Source: the human T2T-CHM13v2.0 reference genome, Homo sapiens. From it: a stretch of 64,000 bases of DNA. The stretch lies in the NCBI RefSeq assembly GCF_009914755.1, contig NC_060935.1; one strand, given 5' to 3'. Below, in pieces: positions 15,239 to 37,287 of the stretch (position 1 is its first letter; every line of letters begins with the position of its first letter). The notes beneath the pieces were generated by a model. That model had not been told where the DNA came from, did not search any database, and saw nothing but the letters and a program-made list of their open reading frames with translations. The position numbers were made by a program, and so were the translations under genes.

Positions 15239-16234
15239 TCTAAGCTTGACATCTGGGCCTAATCTTACCAATGACGCTGATTGTAAGTTTCAGTAATGTT
15301 TCTAAAATTGGCCTTGCATCAGCTATCACCTATATTTTTCCTGTGTCATGTTGTGTGTCATAAGTCCTTGTTTCTGAAGGGCCCTTGTATTCTAGGTTTC
15401 TCTTCAGTATATTCAGTATATTCAGAAACTATCAATTCTCAAGCAAATTAACAGCTCTACCCATTTTCTTAGTGCCCTTTATTTCTAGTCTACTCATCCA
15501 TCTTTCCTGGGCATGGGCATTTAATTAGTGAATTCAATTGAATTAATCACACAGTCATGTAACTACCACCATAATCCATATATAGGACAGTTCCACCACT
15601 ACAGAAAATTCTCTCCTATTCTTTTATAGTCAAGCTGTTCCCCCAACCCCAGCCCTCATGACCCCTGATTAGGCCTATCTATATATAATTTTACCTTTTC
15701 AGAATGTGATATAGGTGGTTTCATAGAGTATACAGGTTTCTTAGTCTGGCATCTTTCCCTTAGCCTACCTAATTGAGATTCAAACATGTTATTGCATGTT
15801 ATTTATTGCTGAGTGGCAATAAAATAAAATTGCTATTAAAATATGGTTACATATATTCTACTCTATATATGAACCATCTGAGTTCTTCACATATATGTGT
15901 TATTCATTTTAAATTTGTTATTCATATATATAGGAATAACTCATTCATTCACCAGTTGAAAGACATTTGGATTGTTGCCAGTTGGAGTTAAATATAAAAA
16001 AAGTTACAAATATATATATAACAGTTTGTGTTAAGATATGTTTTCATTTATCTTGGTATATACGTAGGTGTGAGATTGTTGTGTCCTATGGTAGGTGTAT
16101 GTTTATCTTGATAAGAAACTGTCAAACTATTTTACAAAATGACTGTATCAATTGGCATTCTGACCATAATGGATGAGAGTACCTGATGTTCCACATACTA
16201 ACATTGGATATTCCCAGTTTTGCTTTGCTTTAGC

Positions 16235-16425
16235 TATGGTGTACTACAATAAGCTCACATTGGCTCACAAAAAATAACTGTTAAATTATCACAAATTTTG
16301 TGAGCTAAGTGAAATTATGTTATAGCTTGGAATCAACCAAGATTTACACCACAGAAACAAATGCTGTTAATCCGGGTTTTTTAAATGTTTTCTGGAGACC
16401 TAGCTAAACATTTACCATACCACTA
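16235..16425. mobile_element. MER63-like hAT-Blackjack MITE
   Basis: 'tggtgtact...ggctcac...ttttgtgagc...aaacatttacca..ccact' termini. Confidence 0.55.
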
Positions 16426-17233
16426 TGTTAGCAATTGTAATAAGTATGTAATAGTACCTCATTATCACTTCAATTTGCATTTTCTGAATGACTATATTTT
16501 CATGGGCTTATTTGTCATATATTTTTGATGAAATGCCTTCTTAAATCTTTTGGCTATTTTTAAATCTAGTTGTTAAGTTTTGACAGTTTTTTATATATTC
16601 TAGATGGAAGTCATTATTGGATATGTATTTTGTGTAAATATTTTTTGCACAGTCCATGGCTTGTCCTTTCATTTTAAACAGTGTCTTTCAAAAAAGTTTA
16701 TAGTGTTGATGAAGTTCATTTTATCAATTGTTTCTCTCATTGATTGTGCTTTCACTGTCATACCTAAAATATTTCTCCTGTTTTCTTCTAGAAGTTTTAG
16801 AGTTTTAAGTTTTACATTGAGGTTTATGATCTATTCTTAGTTAACATTTGTACATTATGTGAGGTATGGGTCAAGCTTTATTTGCTTATGGATATCCAGC
16901 AGTTTCTGTACTATTTGTAGAAGACTGTAGATTGAATTACCTTTGAACATGTGTCAAAAGTCAGAGAACAGTTATGTCAGTCCATTTCTGGAGTCTGTTT
17001 TCTTTCACTGATCTTTGTGCCTATCCTTTCAGTAGTACATTAGTCTCTTGATTAATGAATATTTAGCCTTGAAATCAGATCATGTAAGTCTTCTTAGGTC
17101 TTTTTTTTTTTTTATTTTTAATGTCTTTGGCTTTCTTGTTCCTTTGCAGTTCCATATAAATTTTTAGACTTAGCTTATTTCTACAGAATAATCAAGATGA
17201 GTTTTTATTAGCGTTGCATTAAATCTAAAGATC

Positions 17234-17909
17234 TTCTTTTGTATATGTGTCTTTTAACACTGTTTTACATAAATTAGTGTGTGTATTCATGCACTGAAAT
17301 AACATTCTCAAATGAGTGCCCAAGTAACAATCTAAGAAACTCTTTTATACATTTGTATTTAAACAAAGTTTTACATGCATTACATCATAGTGAATACATT
17401 CATTTACTGAAATAATACTACCAACAAGCTGTACAAGTAGAACTCCTACATCATCTTTTATACATGGGTCTTTACATGCATCATTTGTGGTGAACTCAGA
17501 TGTGGCCTCCATATTAATGTGAGTAAACAGTGTTGAAAGACAAAGATGCAGAAGAAATATCTGAGTGAAACTTCCACACCAAATTGAGAACAGTGTTATT
17601 TCAGTAAAGGTATATTGAACACGGTAGTACATGTTATACAGAGTTTAAAGTCACACATGTAAAAGTGTTGCTGAGAGTGCCGCTTGTGTACCAGGTTGAA
17701 AATGGTGTTATTTCAGTGACTGGAGGTATTCACTAGTATGCAATGATGTAAAACCTGTTTTTAAACACGTGTATAAAAGATGTTTCCAAAGTGCTACATG
17801 GACATCAATTTGAGAAACATGTTTTTAGTGTACAAATGTGTTCACTCTATTCAAACAATGTTTAAAGATACCTAAATAAAAGATGTTTCTAGAACTGCTA
17901 TTTATAGAC
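17234..17909 (+). repeat. Unidentified 676-bp insertion of ~110-bp diverged tandem units with an internal inversion
   Basis: TSD aaatctaaagatc at 17221-17233 and 17910-17922; actgaaataa at 17293 and 17406; its reverse complement ttatttcagt at 17596 and 17708. Confidence 0.8.
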
Positions 17910-18572
17910 AAATCTAAAGATCAATTTTGGGAAATTTCACATCTTAAAAATACTGTGTCTTGCAATATGTAAACATGGTGTGTCTTAAGGTTTTTTATTT
18001 CTTTTATCAGTCTTCTGTAGGTTTCAGCATACAGAACTTACAAAGATTTTGTTAGATATACTTCCATGTAATTAACATTTTTAGTACATTATAAATAGTA
18101 CTGTTTTTATAACTTGAATTTCCATTTGTTTATTCCAGTGTATACAATTATTTCATATTGACTTAGCTTCCTATGAGGGTGCTAAATTCATTCTAGTAGT
18201 TTTTTGTGATCTCATTGAGATTTTTTTATATAGTCAATCATGTCATCTGTGACTATTTTTTAGTATTTTAGTTCTGTCTTCAGTATACTGGTCTTTTTCT
18301 TGTATGCCTTGGTCTAGTTTGGATTAGACTAATGCTGGTATAATTAGGTGAGTTGGAAAGTTGTTCCTTATTTTCTATTTTCTGGAAGAATTTCAGTAAA
18401 ACTGGTATTATTTCTCCTTAAATATCTGATAGAATTATCCAGTGAAGTCTTTAGGCTTTGAGCTTCCTTTGTTGGAAAGTTTTAAATTATGAAATCTATT
18501 TTTTAAGAGGTATAGAGCTATTCAGGTTGTTTCTTCTTGAGTGAGCCTTAGCACTTGGTGTCTTTCAAGAAT

Positions 18573-18928
18573 ATACCATTAAATATTACACAGCCATAAA
18601 AAAGAATGAAATCATGTCCTTTGCAGCGGCATGGATGGAGCTGGAGGCCATAATCCTAAGCAAATTAATGCAAGAACAGAAAACCAAATACCGCATGAGT
18701 ACACATGTGCACAAAGTAGAGAACAGTAGACATCGGGCCTAGCTGAGGGTGGAGGGTGGGATGAGGATGAGGATGGAAAAACTACCCATCAGGTACTATG
18801 CTTATTATCTGGGTGATGAAATAATTTGTACAGCAAACCCTAGTAACACACAATTTACCCATGTAACAAACCTGTACATATCCCCCCCAAACTAAAATAA
18901 AAAATAAAAGTTGGAAAGAAAAAAAAAA
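18573..18928 (+). mobile_element. Short L1 3' end (L1PB/L1MA-like) with A tail
   Basis: 'cagccataaaaaagaatgaaatcatgtcc...ctaaaataaaa' plus poly(A). Confidence 0.85.
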
Positions 18929-19231
18929 CGTTTATATCATCTAAGTTGTGGAATCTATAGGCATAATATTCTATGGACAGAATTGTTCACAATATTACCT
19001 TGTTTTCCTTTTAATATCTATAGGATCTGTAGTCCCTTCTTTCCTGATAGCATAACTTGTATTCTCCATTTATCTCTTAGTCTGGCTACTGGTTTATCAT
19101 TTTCATTGATTATTTTTCTATTTTTAATTTCATTTTTATTATTTTGTTCCTTCTGCTTGATTTGGGTGTACTTTTTTGTTTCTTAAGGTAGATGCTTATT
19201 TTTTTTTAAGTATATGGGAAGTTGACATTTC

Positions 19232-20875
<1,644 letters not shown>

Positions 20876-21002
20876 ATACATTTCATCTCCTGATTGCTCT
20901 GAATTACAGTTTAAGCTCTCTGTGTGGCTCACATATATGGAGCCTTTTTTTTTTTTTTTGAACAGGCACTCTGGTATGTAACAAGGTTTGAAATCAAATT
21001 TA

Positions 21003-21297
<295 letters not shown>

Positions 21298-21879
21298 TTA
21301 AATTACTTATAATTCATGTCCCTTTTTCCTGGGTAAATGTTTTAATAAAACAAGGCTTGAATAAAACAAGCTGCTTCTGGTTTTCCAAATGCCTCTCTGA
21401 TTGTTCATTACATTCTATGATTTCTTTGCATGGGAATTAGTCACTGGCCATATCTTTCCATTATTATGCCATGTGCTGATTCTTCCTAATAAACTGGGTA
21501 CTTTGGTGTTGAATCACTGGATTTGATTCAGGTTTCCATTTCTAAATGAAATCCAAAATGTGAATTTATTCCATGTCCTTATGCTTTTAAGAAAGAAAGA
21601 AAGCCCTCATATTGACAATTAGAATCTCAGTAACAGTGACTTTGCTTCCAAGGATAAACTTGTAAGCTGTGAAAGAACATGTCAAGCATATTGTCACTTT
21701 AAGTTCATTGCAATTTCTGTTTACTTTCCTGTATCAAATTTTCTCCAAATATACATTTGAGCTACTCCTTGTGGAATTAAGAAAACTCACATTTTTCCTG
21801 ATTATCTTAATCTCTGATTACTGAGGTATGATTGCCACCACAGAGAAAAAAGCTCTACTAAAAAAAATACTTTTTTCCA

Positions 21880-23140
<1,261 letters not shown>

Positions 23141-23189
23141 AAAAATAACTTACCCTCTCTATCTCACCTGTGTCAGTGTGCAGATACCT

Positions 23190-23605
23190 ACTACAACATA
23201 TGCTCTGCTTCTTACTGAGCACAAAACTAGATATTCCGAGACATCCTTCCTTGCAGGTACATGTATACATGTGATAGTTCTAAACAATGGAATGTGCACC
23301 AAACATGATAAATGAAGCTTTCAGATCTGCCCCATACAACCCTGTGGGGGAACTTTATCATGCTCTTCTTCCTTGCAAGTGATTGGTAGAACAATGACCA
23401 GAGCAATCTTGAAAGCCAGGTGTTGCAGATGACAGAGTGCAGACATCCAGAGTAACCTAAAGGGTCATGTGGAGGAAATACCCCTTCAGCCAACTTTAAA
23501 TATTAGCCCTGGACTGTTACATGAAAAAAAAAAAACAAATTTGATTAAGTTTGGATCATTAAATTTGAGTGTATTTCTTAGAGAAGTCTGCCTCCTTAAC
23601 TAATA
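23190..23605 (+). mobile_element. Old MLT1-type MaLR LTR
   Basis: 'tccttgcag...catgtgatagttct..caatggaatgtg' and 3' end 'ttaactaata'. Confidence 0.55.
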
Positions 23606-24585
23606 AGGATCGTCTCTTATTCTTGCCTGAATCCTCATTGCCTAGCACAGTGTCTGAACATAGCAGATGTTAAAAAATGTGTAAGTATAATCTAAATCCT
23701 TTCCATCACATCTGTCAACAGTGAATTAATCATATCTCGTTCTATGAGAGATTATTCTTCCTCCATGGCAGAGTTGTTGCTCCTTTGCATTTACATAGTT
23801 CTTTGGGCTAGCTTGTATTACAGTCTTTTTATTGCAGTTTGTTAATGCCTTCTCCTCTATCTCCCTGAAGACAGCAATAAATTTTTCTGTACTATTTTGT
23901 ATCCCATCACCAATCAGAATGCCAGGAAGATAGTAGATGCTCAATAAATGCTGACTAATAAATGCCTATCATAGAGAAAACACAAAATGGATAGATTAAA
24001 ACATGAAAATCTTTGAGTTCTTTGAGTACATATCCATAGAAAGGAGTAGAGAAGAAAAGTGAGAATTATTAGATTTTTCTTTAAGAGGAGAAGCCAAGAA
24101 ATAGGAATTAGAGACATAGAAAATTGTTAGGAAGAAATATATGGAATGATACTATAAGTTCACACATTCTGATTCAGCCTTAGTTAAAATTTATCATCGA
24201 AACCATAGACATAAAGTTAAAACAACATTTAGCAAGAACTCAAGCTGGGAAGAGAATATTGATACAGGTGTTTTTGAGTACATAAAGCAGGGTTAGCCAT
24301 TGTCTCTTAGGAATAAACTGGAAAATGTTATAGAGTACTTACAGAATAGCTAACAAATTTTAAATTAAAGTCATTTTTAAACTACATATTGGCACTGTAA
24401 GGTTGTTTTTGCCAAGTCTATTTACTAAAGGAAATTTTTTTTCCCTGTACTACTCAGAGATGTGTTTTAATAGTTGTCTTCCCAAGACTACTCATCTAGA
24501 ACCTTGAGACTGCCTACTATTATCTGGGAAACTACATTAAATGTTTGAGTGAGATAATTATATTTGTAAATTTAAAATTAAAGAC

Positions 24586-24801
24586 CAGGCATCAGTAACC
24601 TTTTGTTTTTTTTGTGGAGAATGAGATAGTAAATATTTTAGACTTTATAGGTTATATAGTCACTCTTTGTCAAAACTACTCAATTTTTTACAAAAGCAGC
24701 CATAAACAATACATAATGAATGGGTATGACTGTTAAAATAAGACTTTATTTACAAAAACAGGTGACAGGCCAAATTTGGCCCACATAATTCATCAGCCCC
24801 C
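24586..24801. mobile_element. MER58A-like hAT-Charlie MITE
   Basis: 'agatagtaaatattttag...aaagcagccataaacaatac...ctttatttacaaaaacaggtg...atttggccc'. Confidence 0.8.
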
Positions 24802-25327
24802 GTTAGACTAAGTTTATCCTAGGAGACTTTTTTTTTTTTTAACCAATATTGTAGCAGTTTACTTCCTATAAATTCACAGATTGTTTTTTATATTTAACTT
24901 AATAACTATTGAATAACTACAAATACTGTAAACTCTCCTACTAAATTGGGAATGTATCTTTAAGCTTTTCTCCTTGCAAGAGATTTTTGCAAGTAAAATT
25001 CATGAGTGATTTTAATAAATGGATTTTAAATTAGAGTGGAAGATCTTTTACTTTCATAAATACCAAAACTCTTATATAAATCAATGGAAGGTGGAATTTC
25101 AAGGAAAGTAGAAATCTTCCCTGGCAAATGCCAAAGAAATTTTGACAGAGATGAAACTGAAATAATTACATTGTATTTTCCTATAAAATGATTATCAAGA
25201 CAGTATTACAATAGTGTGAACTATAATTGTAGGGCTCAAGAGACTAGAAAGAGCTGATCTGTCGAGAAATTCAGACTGTGCATTTCCAATGTCATAAAAT
25301 AGCCCTTAGCATTGAAAGGATTTTTTT

Positions 25328-27668
<2,341 letters not shown>

Positions 27669-28643
27669 TAATTTTTGTGGGTACATAGTAGGTGTATATA
27701 TTTATGGGGTACATGAGATATTTTGATAGAGGCATGCAATGTAAAATCACATCATGGAGAGTAGGGTATCCATCCCCTCAAGCATTTATCCTTTGTGTTA
27801 TGATCCAGTTACACACTTAGTTATTTTTAAATGTACAATTACTGACTACAGTCCCATTGTGCTATCCAATAGTAGGTCATATTATTCTATTTTTTTTTTG
27901 TTCCCATTAACCATCCCCACCAGCCTCCCAGCCCCTAACTACCCTTTCCAGCCTCTGATAACCATTCTTCTATTCTCTACGTCCGTGAGTTCAATTGTTT
28001 TAACCTTTAGGTCCCACAAATAAGTGGGAACATGTGATGTTCGTCTTTCTGTCTTAGATCTCCGGTTCTATCCACATTGTTGCAAATGACTGGATCTCAT
28101 TCTTTTTTATGGCTGAATATTACGCCATTGTATATATGTACCACATTTTCTTTATCCGTTCCTCTGCTGATGGACACTTAGGCTGATTCCAAATCTTAGC
28201 TGTTGTGAACAGTGCTGCAACAAGCACGAAAGTGCAGATATTTCTTTGATATACTGATTTCCTTCTTTTGGATACATATCCAACAGTAGGATTGCTGGAT
28301 CAGATGATAGCTCTATTTTTAGTTTTTTGAGAAACCTCCAAACTGTTCTTCATAGTGGCTGTACTAATTTACATTCCCATCAACAGTATACAAGGGTTCC
28401 CTTTTCTCTAAATCCTCACCAAATGCTATGCCTGTCCTTTGGGTATAAGCTGTTTTAACTGGGGTGAAATGATATGTCATTGTAGTTTTGATTTGCATTT
28501 CTCTGATCAATGATGTTGAGCACCTTTTCATGTGCCTGTTTGCCATTTGTATGTCATCTTCTGATAAATGTTTATTCAGATCATTTGCCGAGTTTTTGAC
28601 TGGATTATTAGATTTTTTCCTATAGAGTTGTTTGAGCTCCTTA
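27669..28643 (-). mobile_element. L1MA-type 3' end
   Basis: 'aatttttgtgggtacatagtaggtgtatatatttatggggtacatgag'; degenerate TSD aaaggattttttt (25315-25327) / aaaggaattattt (28644-28656). Confidence 0.85.
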
Positions 28644-29226
28644 AAAGGAATTATTTCTTAAAAGGAAAAACAAAACAAATCTCAGTAAAAGTGGCCTGAG
28701 TATCATAAAATTGATTTATTTTCCAAAAAGTCCAATTAATGTCTTAAAATATGAAATGTTGACACAGAGACCAAGGATGCTAAAAATAATATCTTATGAT
28801 GAAAATAAGGGCACAGTAGAGGTTACCTGAGAATAAATCCAGAGAACTGGCAGTGTTTAATTGATGAAGAAGCGCCTACATTGAGTCCAGAAGATCGTAT
28901 CAGCTAATGAATATATAGAAAATATGTGAAAATGATGTTGCAGTATTGAGGGAACTTAACTGACTTTAGTCTTGTCCTCAGACAAAGGAAACTTGGAGGA
29001 GTTTTTGTTGTTGTTTTATTTAATAATTCTATTTAAGAAGAAATTGCTTCCTCTCTGACTAGCAAATGCTTTTTGGTTCTCACCTGGAGAGGTAACTTAC
29101 AGATTATTTTATTCTCCACTAGTCACCACTCTTCCCCATGCTCTAGCTGAGTGATTACAATTGACTTGAAAAATCAGTATCTTGTTTGTGGAGAGAAATA
29201 CACATGTATATGTTTTCTGTTTCTTC

Positions 29227-29483
29227 TATAAGTTTCCTGTGGCTGCTATAGCAAATTACCACAAACTTAATGGCTTAAAACAACTCATCTTTATGTTCTG
29301 ATATCAGACGTCTGAAATCAGTTTCAATGAGCAAAAAGTCAAGATGTTGGCAGCATCGTGCTGTCTCTAGAAGGTCTGGGGAGAATCTGTTCTTCACCTT
29401 CTCTAGCTGGCATTCCTGGGCTTGTGGCTACATCACTTCAATCTCTGTCTTTGTGGTTGTATCGCCTTCTCTTCTGTGTGAAG
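29227..29483 (-). mobile_element. MLT1C-like LTR 3' portion
   Basis: 'agtttcctgtggctgct...aaattaccacaaactt..tggcttaaaacaac'. Confidence 0.75.
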
Positions 29484-29484
29484 T

Positions 29485-30201
29485 TGATAGGGACTGAATT
29501 GTGTCCTCCAAAATTCATGTGTTGAAGCCCTAATTCCAAATACCTCAAATGTGACTGCACAGTAGTCCCCCCTTTTCCATGGTTTCACTTTCTGTGTGGC
29601 CAACCACAGTCTGAAAATATTAAATGGAAAATTCCAGAAATCATAAGTTTTAAATTGTGAGCCATTCTGAGTAGTGTGATGAAATTTTGCTCTCCTGCTC
29701 TGTCCCATCCAGTCCAGCACAGGATGTGAATGATCCCTTTGTCCAGCATATCTGTACTATATACTCTACCTGACTGTTAGTCGCTTAGCAGTTACCTTGG
29801 TTATTAGATTTTTTAAAATACAGATGTATATAAGGCTCTGTACTATCCGAGGTTTCAGGTATCCACTGGGGGTGTTGGAATGCATCCCCTGTGGATAAGG
29901 AGAAACTATTATATTTGGAGATAGGGCCTTTAAAGAGATGATTAAGTTAAAATGAGACTATTAGAGTGGGCCATAATCCAATCTGTCTGGTATCCTTGTA
30001 AGAAGAGGAGATTTGGACCCACAGAGAGACCTAGGTATGCATGCAAATACAGAAGGAACATGTGAAGACAGATGGAGGCCTCAGAAGAAAACCAAACCTG
30101 CTGACACCTGGATCTTGGAATTTTAGCTTCCACAATTGTGAGGAAATAAATTTCTGTTGTATATGCCATCCAGTCTGTGATATTTTGTGATAATGAATAC
30201 A
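29485..30201 (+). mobile_element. MLT1A/B-like LTR split by MER44A
   Basis: 'actgaattgtgtcctccaaaattcat...gtgactg' resumes as 'tatttggagatagggcc...aataaatttctgttg'. Confidence 0.8.
29560..29911 (+). mobile_element. MER44A-like (Tigger7) MITE
   Basis: TIR cagtagtccccccttt ... ggataaggagaaactatta; 'aaatattaaatggaaaattccagaaa'. Confidence 0.85.
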
Positions 30202-30368
30202 CTCTTGTGACAACAAACCCACTCCCAAGATAACATTAACTCATTCATGAGGGCAGAGCCCTAATGACCTAATCACTCATAAAATTGAAATATATATACT
30301 CAACACTGTTGCACTGAGTTTTAAGTTTCCAAAACATGAACTTTGAGGGACACATCTAAGTCACAGCA
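30202..30368 (-). mobile_element. MST/MLT1A-like LTR 5' portion
   Basis: 'cattcatgagggcagagccctaatgacctaatcac...acatgaactttgagggacacat...agca'. Confidence 0.7.
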
Positions 30369-31053
30369 AAAGGAAACTATAAAGATCAGAGACTCAAATC
30401 CGGGAAAAGGCAATAGCTCACTCTGTTGGTGAATTTCAATCCCATCAGTGTAATGCCTCTTTTTTCTAACTAACTTTACTAAGCATTTACTACTCAGAAA
30501 CTGATTCAAAAGTAATGTTATCTCCCATTGATATGAAATGTCTAATGTAGGTAAAACAGTGTTCAGTTAGTGAACCCAAGTGTTCATCAGTAGGAGAATG
30601 GATAAATTTACAATGATATATTCATAAAAATAACACTCAGCAATAAAAAGGAATGTGCCCCTATACATGCAACATGGATGAATAAATGTGAAAAATACAC
30701 TGATTGAATGAAGCCTTAGAAGAGAAAATAATCTATGGTTTCATTTATATGAAGTTCTTGAACAGGCAAAACTGATCTATGGTGGGAAACATTTAGAACA
30801 GAGATCACCTCTGGTGGATGGTGTTGGCGACTGATTAGAAAAGGGCATTTGACAAAGCTCAGTGAATATACATTTAGGAGCCGAGTTGAAAACAAATACT
30901 GAACTCTGATTAATACGTGTGCTGCGATATGTAGGAGACAGCATACTGATGTCTCTAGTTTCACTTGAAATGATTGAAAAATATGGATTGATGGATGACA
31001 GAAAAGTAGATGGACAGGTATGATATATCCAATATGGTAGAAGGTGAATAGAA

Positions 31054-31183
31054 GGACAGGTGTAGTGGCTCACAGCTGTTATTCCAGTGCTTTGGGAAGC
31101 TGATGCAGGAGGACCACTTGAAGTCAGGAGTTCAAGACTAGCCTGGGCAACATAGCAAGGCTCCATCTCTACCAAAAAAAAAA
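31054..31183 (+). mobile_element. FLAM (free left Alu monomer) inside an old L1 3' end (~30570-31250)
   Basis: Single Alu left arm followed by an A tail. Confidence 0.85.
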
Positions 31184-33031
31184 ATGTATTCACTGTAAAA
31201 TTCTTTCAACTTTATGCTTGAAAATGTTCATAATAAAATGTTGGAAATGTGGTTAATATAATCCACCTATATACTTAATTTTAAAACATTAATTGGAATT
31301 AGTTGAATTATAAGGTGAACAAAAATGAGAAATGTAAACTCATAAAATTGAAGTATGTTTTCCAGCTCTATCACTGCTAAGATAGAGTTGCTGCCTAACA
31401 GCAGCACTTCTGCTCACTATTATAATAAAATTACCGTGTCCCCCATTGCCTAAATTTTATGCTGTTTTAAAGCTCTTATCCACCAAAAGGAACAAGCACA
31501 CCTTGCCATGTAATGGAATACAAATTTTGGATCAGTACAACATAGGGATATATGTGCCAATTACCAATTTATTGTCTCTCACCCCCAGTCCACCTTTCTT
31601 TGTCCAACTCTATGATACTGTACTCTGAGTGACATAGTAGCAATACGGTTTCCAAGAATATCAGGGACAATGTTGAAAGGATAAAGGAATAAATCTAGAG
31701 GGACTTCTGCTAGCAAATTTTACAATTTGCTTATTGAATAACACAGTAATAATAATAATAACGATTGTGGTATATTAGAACAAGCTGAGTCTGTGAAAAA
31801 CCATAGATTTATAATAACTTGATTTTTAAGCATTTAAAAGAAAAGTTTCTCTATATGGACACTGCGTTTTTTCTGTTACTTATATCTGTTTATAAGTACT
31901 TGCTCTTTCTGTCTGTGTAAGCAGGAAAGACAAATACTGTGAATAAGCCAAATAGTCCAATTAAAAGGAGGAACTATTTTAGGAACAGTAATGAGTAATC
32001 AGTGCTGTGATTTCCACATAACATCCAAGTAGAAGAAGGAGGTTAAGTAGCATGTTTAAATGTCCTAAGGAGGAGAAGTAACTTGGCCGAATTGATTCTT
32101 CATCTCCTAACAGGTAGTTCTATTAATTATAATAAAATACTAATAAAAATTTTTGTTGCTTTTAAATGTTATTAACAGACTAAGTCAAAATGACGTAATG
32201 ACTTATAAAGTATTGACTAAGAAAATAATTTTAAAATATATTGCTGAGAGGACTGGGGATGGGGGCAAGAAAATAAAACCTACGTGACAGCTATAAACGT
32301 GATAGACTTACAGATGTAAAATATTTTTTAAAAGCTTATTTATTTTATTTTGTTTTTCAACCAACTTCCTGAAACATAACCTAGAAAATTGTCAATTGTT
32401 AACATTAAAAAGCAACAAGTACACATGCACATGCGTGCAACACACAACAAAATTTAAACGCTAAAAATGAGGTTCAGCCCAATGATCGGTGGTTCAGGAT
32501 CATATTATTTTGGAAGAAGCATTAAGTTCCTTTGTCAACAATCAATCAGTTAACAAATCCCAGAAGCTATGTATGTATGCCTTTTGTGTTTGTTAAAATT
32601 ACTGCAGTCATTGGAAGAAATCAAAATAATACTAAAACTCCAATAAAAATTAAAAATACAGCTTATTTTGCTACAAAAATTATATAAAAATTAAAATAAT
32701 AAATGAATTAAACATATGTCATTTTAGAACAGGTTTAGATGTAACTATAGCAATGTTCTGTAATCATAAATATCAGTTTGATATTTAATGGTTTGGAAGT
32801 GATTCAAAAGTCTACAATACTAAATTCAGTTGCAATCGTTTAAAATACTTCAAAGTTTTAATAAGTCAGTGCTCTAGAAAAATCCGTTTTCAATGTTTGA
32901 ATTATTAAACAGTTTAATAAACTAAGTGTACAAATAGTTGCAGTTTTCCTTTTTGTTCTTGAGTATTAAGTAATAAAAATCAGCCAGTCATTTGAAAAAT
33001 GAAATTAAACTGATCTTAGTTTACTTTTTAT

Positions 33032-36044
<3,013 letters not shown>

Positions 36045-36532
36045 TAGAACATAGATATATCTTGTTAAAAATATTATGAAGTGGAAATAGCAAACTCAGA
36101 GACATTGTTTTAAACTTGTTAAAGTTTGTATATATTAGAAAATACGAATAAAACCAAAAATAAACTGGGAGAAATAGTTTCATTACATATGGCAAAGGAA
36201 GTGCTAATATCTCTAACATAAAAAGCTGATAAAAACAAGGAAAAGACAAAGCATCAAGTAGAAATCTGGCAAAGAATATAATCCAAAATTCTACAGGAAA
36301 AGTCCAAATGAATGATAAATCCATATAAAGGTGATAGGCTTATCTAATATTTAAAGAATTATAAAGTTTAACACCAATACAGTATTTTTTCTCTTATGAG
36401 ACTAAACGCCTAAAACATGATAGTACTCAGTATTGGTAAAGGATATAAAAATTAACATACTCTCAAACGCTATCTTTGGGGGTATGAAGTGGTAAAATAT
36501 TTCAGGAAGATAATTTGACAATGTCCCTTAAA

Positions 36533-36830
36533 TTTTTTTTTTTTTTTCAGATGGAGTTTCCCTCTTGTTGCCCAGGCTGGAGTATAATGATGCAGTCTCG
36601 GCTCACTGCAACCTCCACCTCTGGGTTCAAGTGATTCTCCTGCCTCAGCCTCCTGAGTAGCTGGGATTAGAGGCACCCACCACCATGCCTAGCTAATTTT
36701 TTGTGTTTCTAGTAGAAATGGGGTTTCACCATGTTGGCCAGGCTGGTCTTGAACTCCTGACCTCAAGTGATCCGCCCACCTCAGCCTCCTAAAGTGCTGG
36801 GATGACAGGCGTGAGCCACCACGCCCAGCT
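36533..36830 (-). mobile_element. AluS (Sq/Sp-like)
   Basis: Full antisense Alu; TSD tgtcccttaa at 36522-36531 and 36830-36839. Confidence 0.93.
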
Positions 36831-37287
36831 GTCCCTTAACATTTGAAATGTGTATATCACCTCATTTAGCTATTCTGTTTCTAGAAACTTATTTTTACAA
36901 AGAAAATTCACAAATGCACACGAAAATGTATGCATGAAGATACTTGTCACAGCGTTGGTTGTAATAATATGGAATTAGGTCAAATATTTATCAGTAAAAG
37001 ACTAAGTCATATTGTGCATATACTGAAATATGTGATAAACCTAAATTTACTGACAATCTGCCCATGATTTACTTTTATGAGAAAAAAGGGAGGTGAAATT
37101 TATTGTATATGGTATGATTCCATAGTTTGAAAACTAAGATATAAATTGGTATGTTGCTACCTGCACAAAGAGGGGAAAATTACATAAACTAACTTTTTAG
37201 AAGCCATTTTATCCAGATAGTAAGATTAAATTGGGTTTTCACAATCTTTTACATTTCTCTTATAGAAATAAAAAATAGTTAAAAAGA

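Larger units (their letters stand above)
15540..19200 (-). mobile_element. Old L1M (3' end plus ORF2), interrupted by later insertions
   Basis: T-rich antisense L1 motifs: 'aactaccaccataatc', 'ttcattcaccagttga', 'tttttcctgttttcttctagaagttt', 'ttttctggaaga'. Confidence 0.75.

Noticed and set aside
17345-17632. 95-aa ORF and CRISPR-like spacing in the repeat insert
   Set aside because: Whole units are homologous and diverged, with no unique spacers; eukaryotic context; ORF crosses the inversion point
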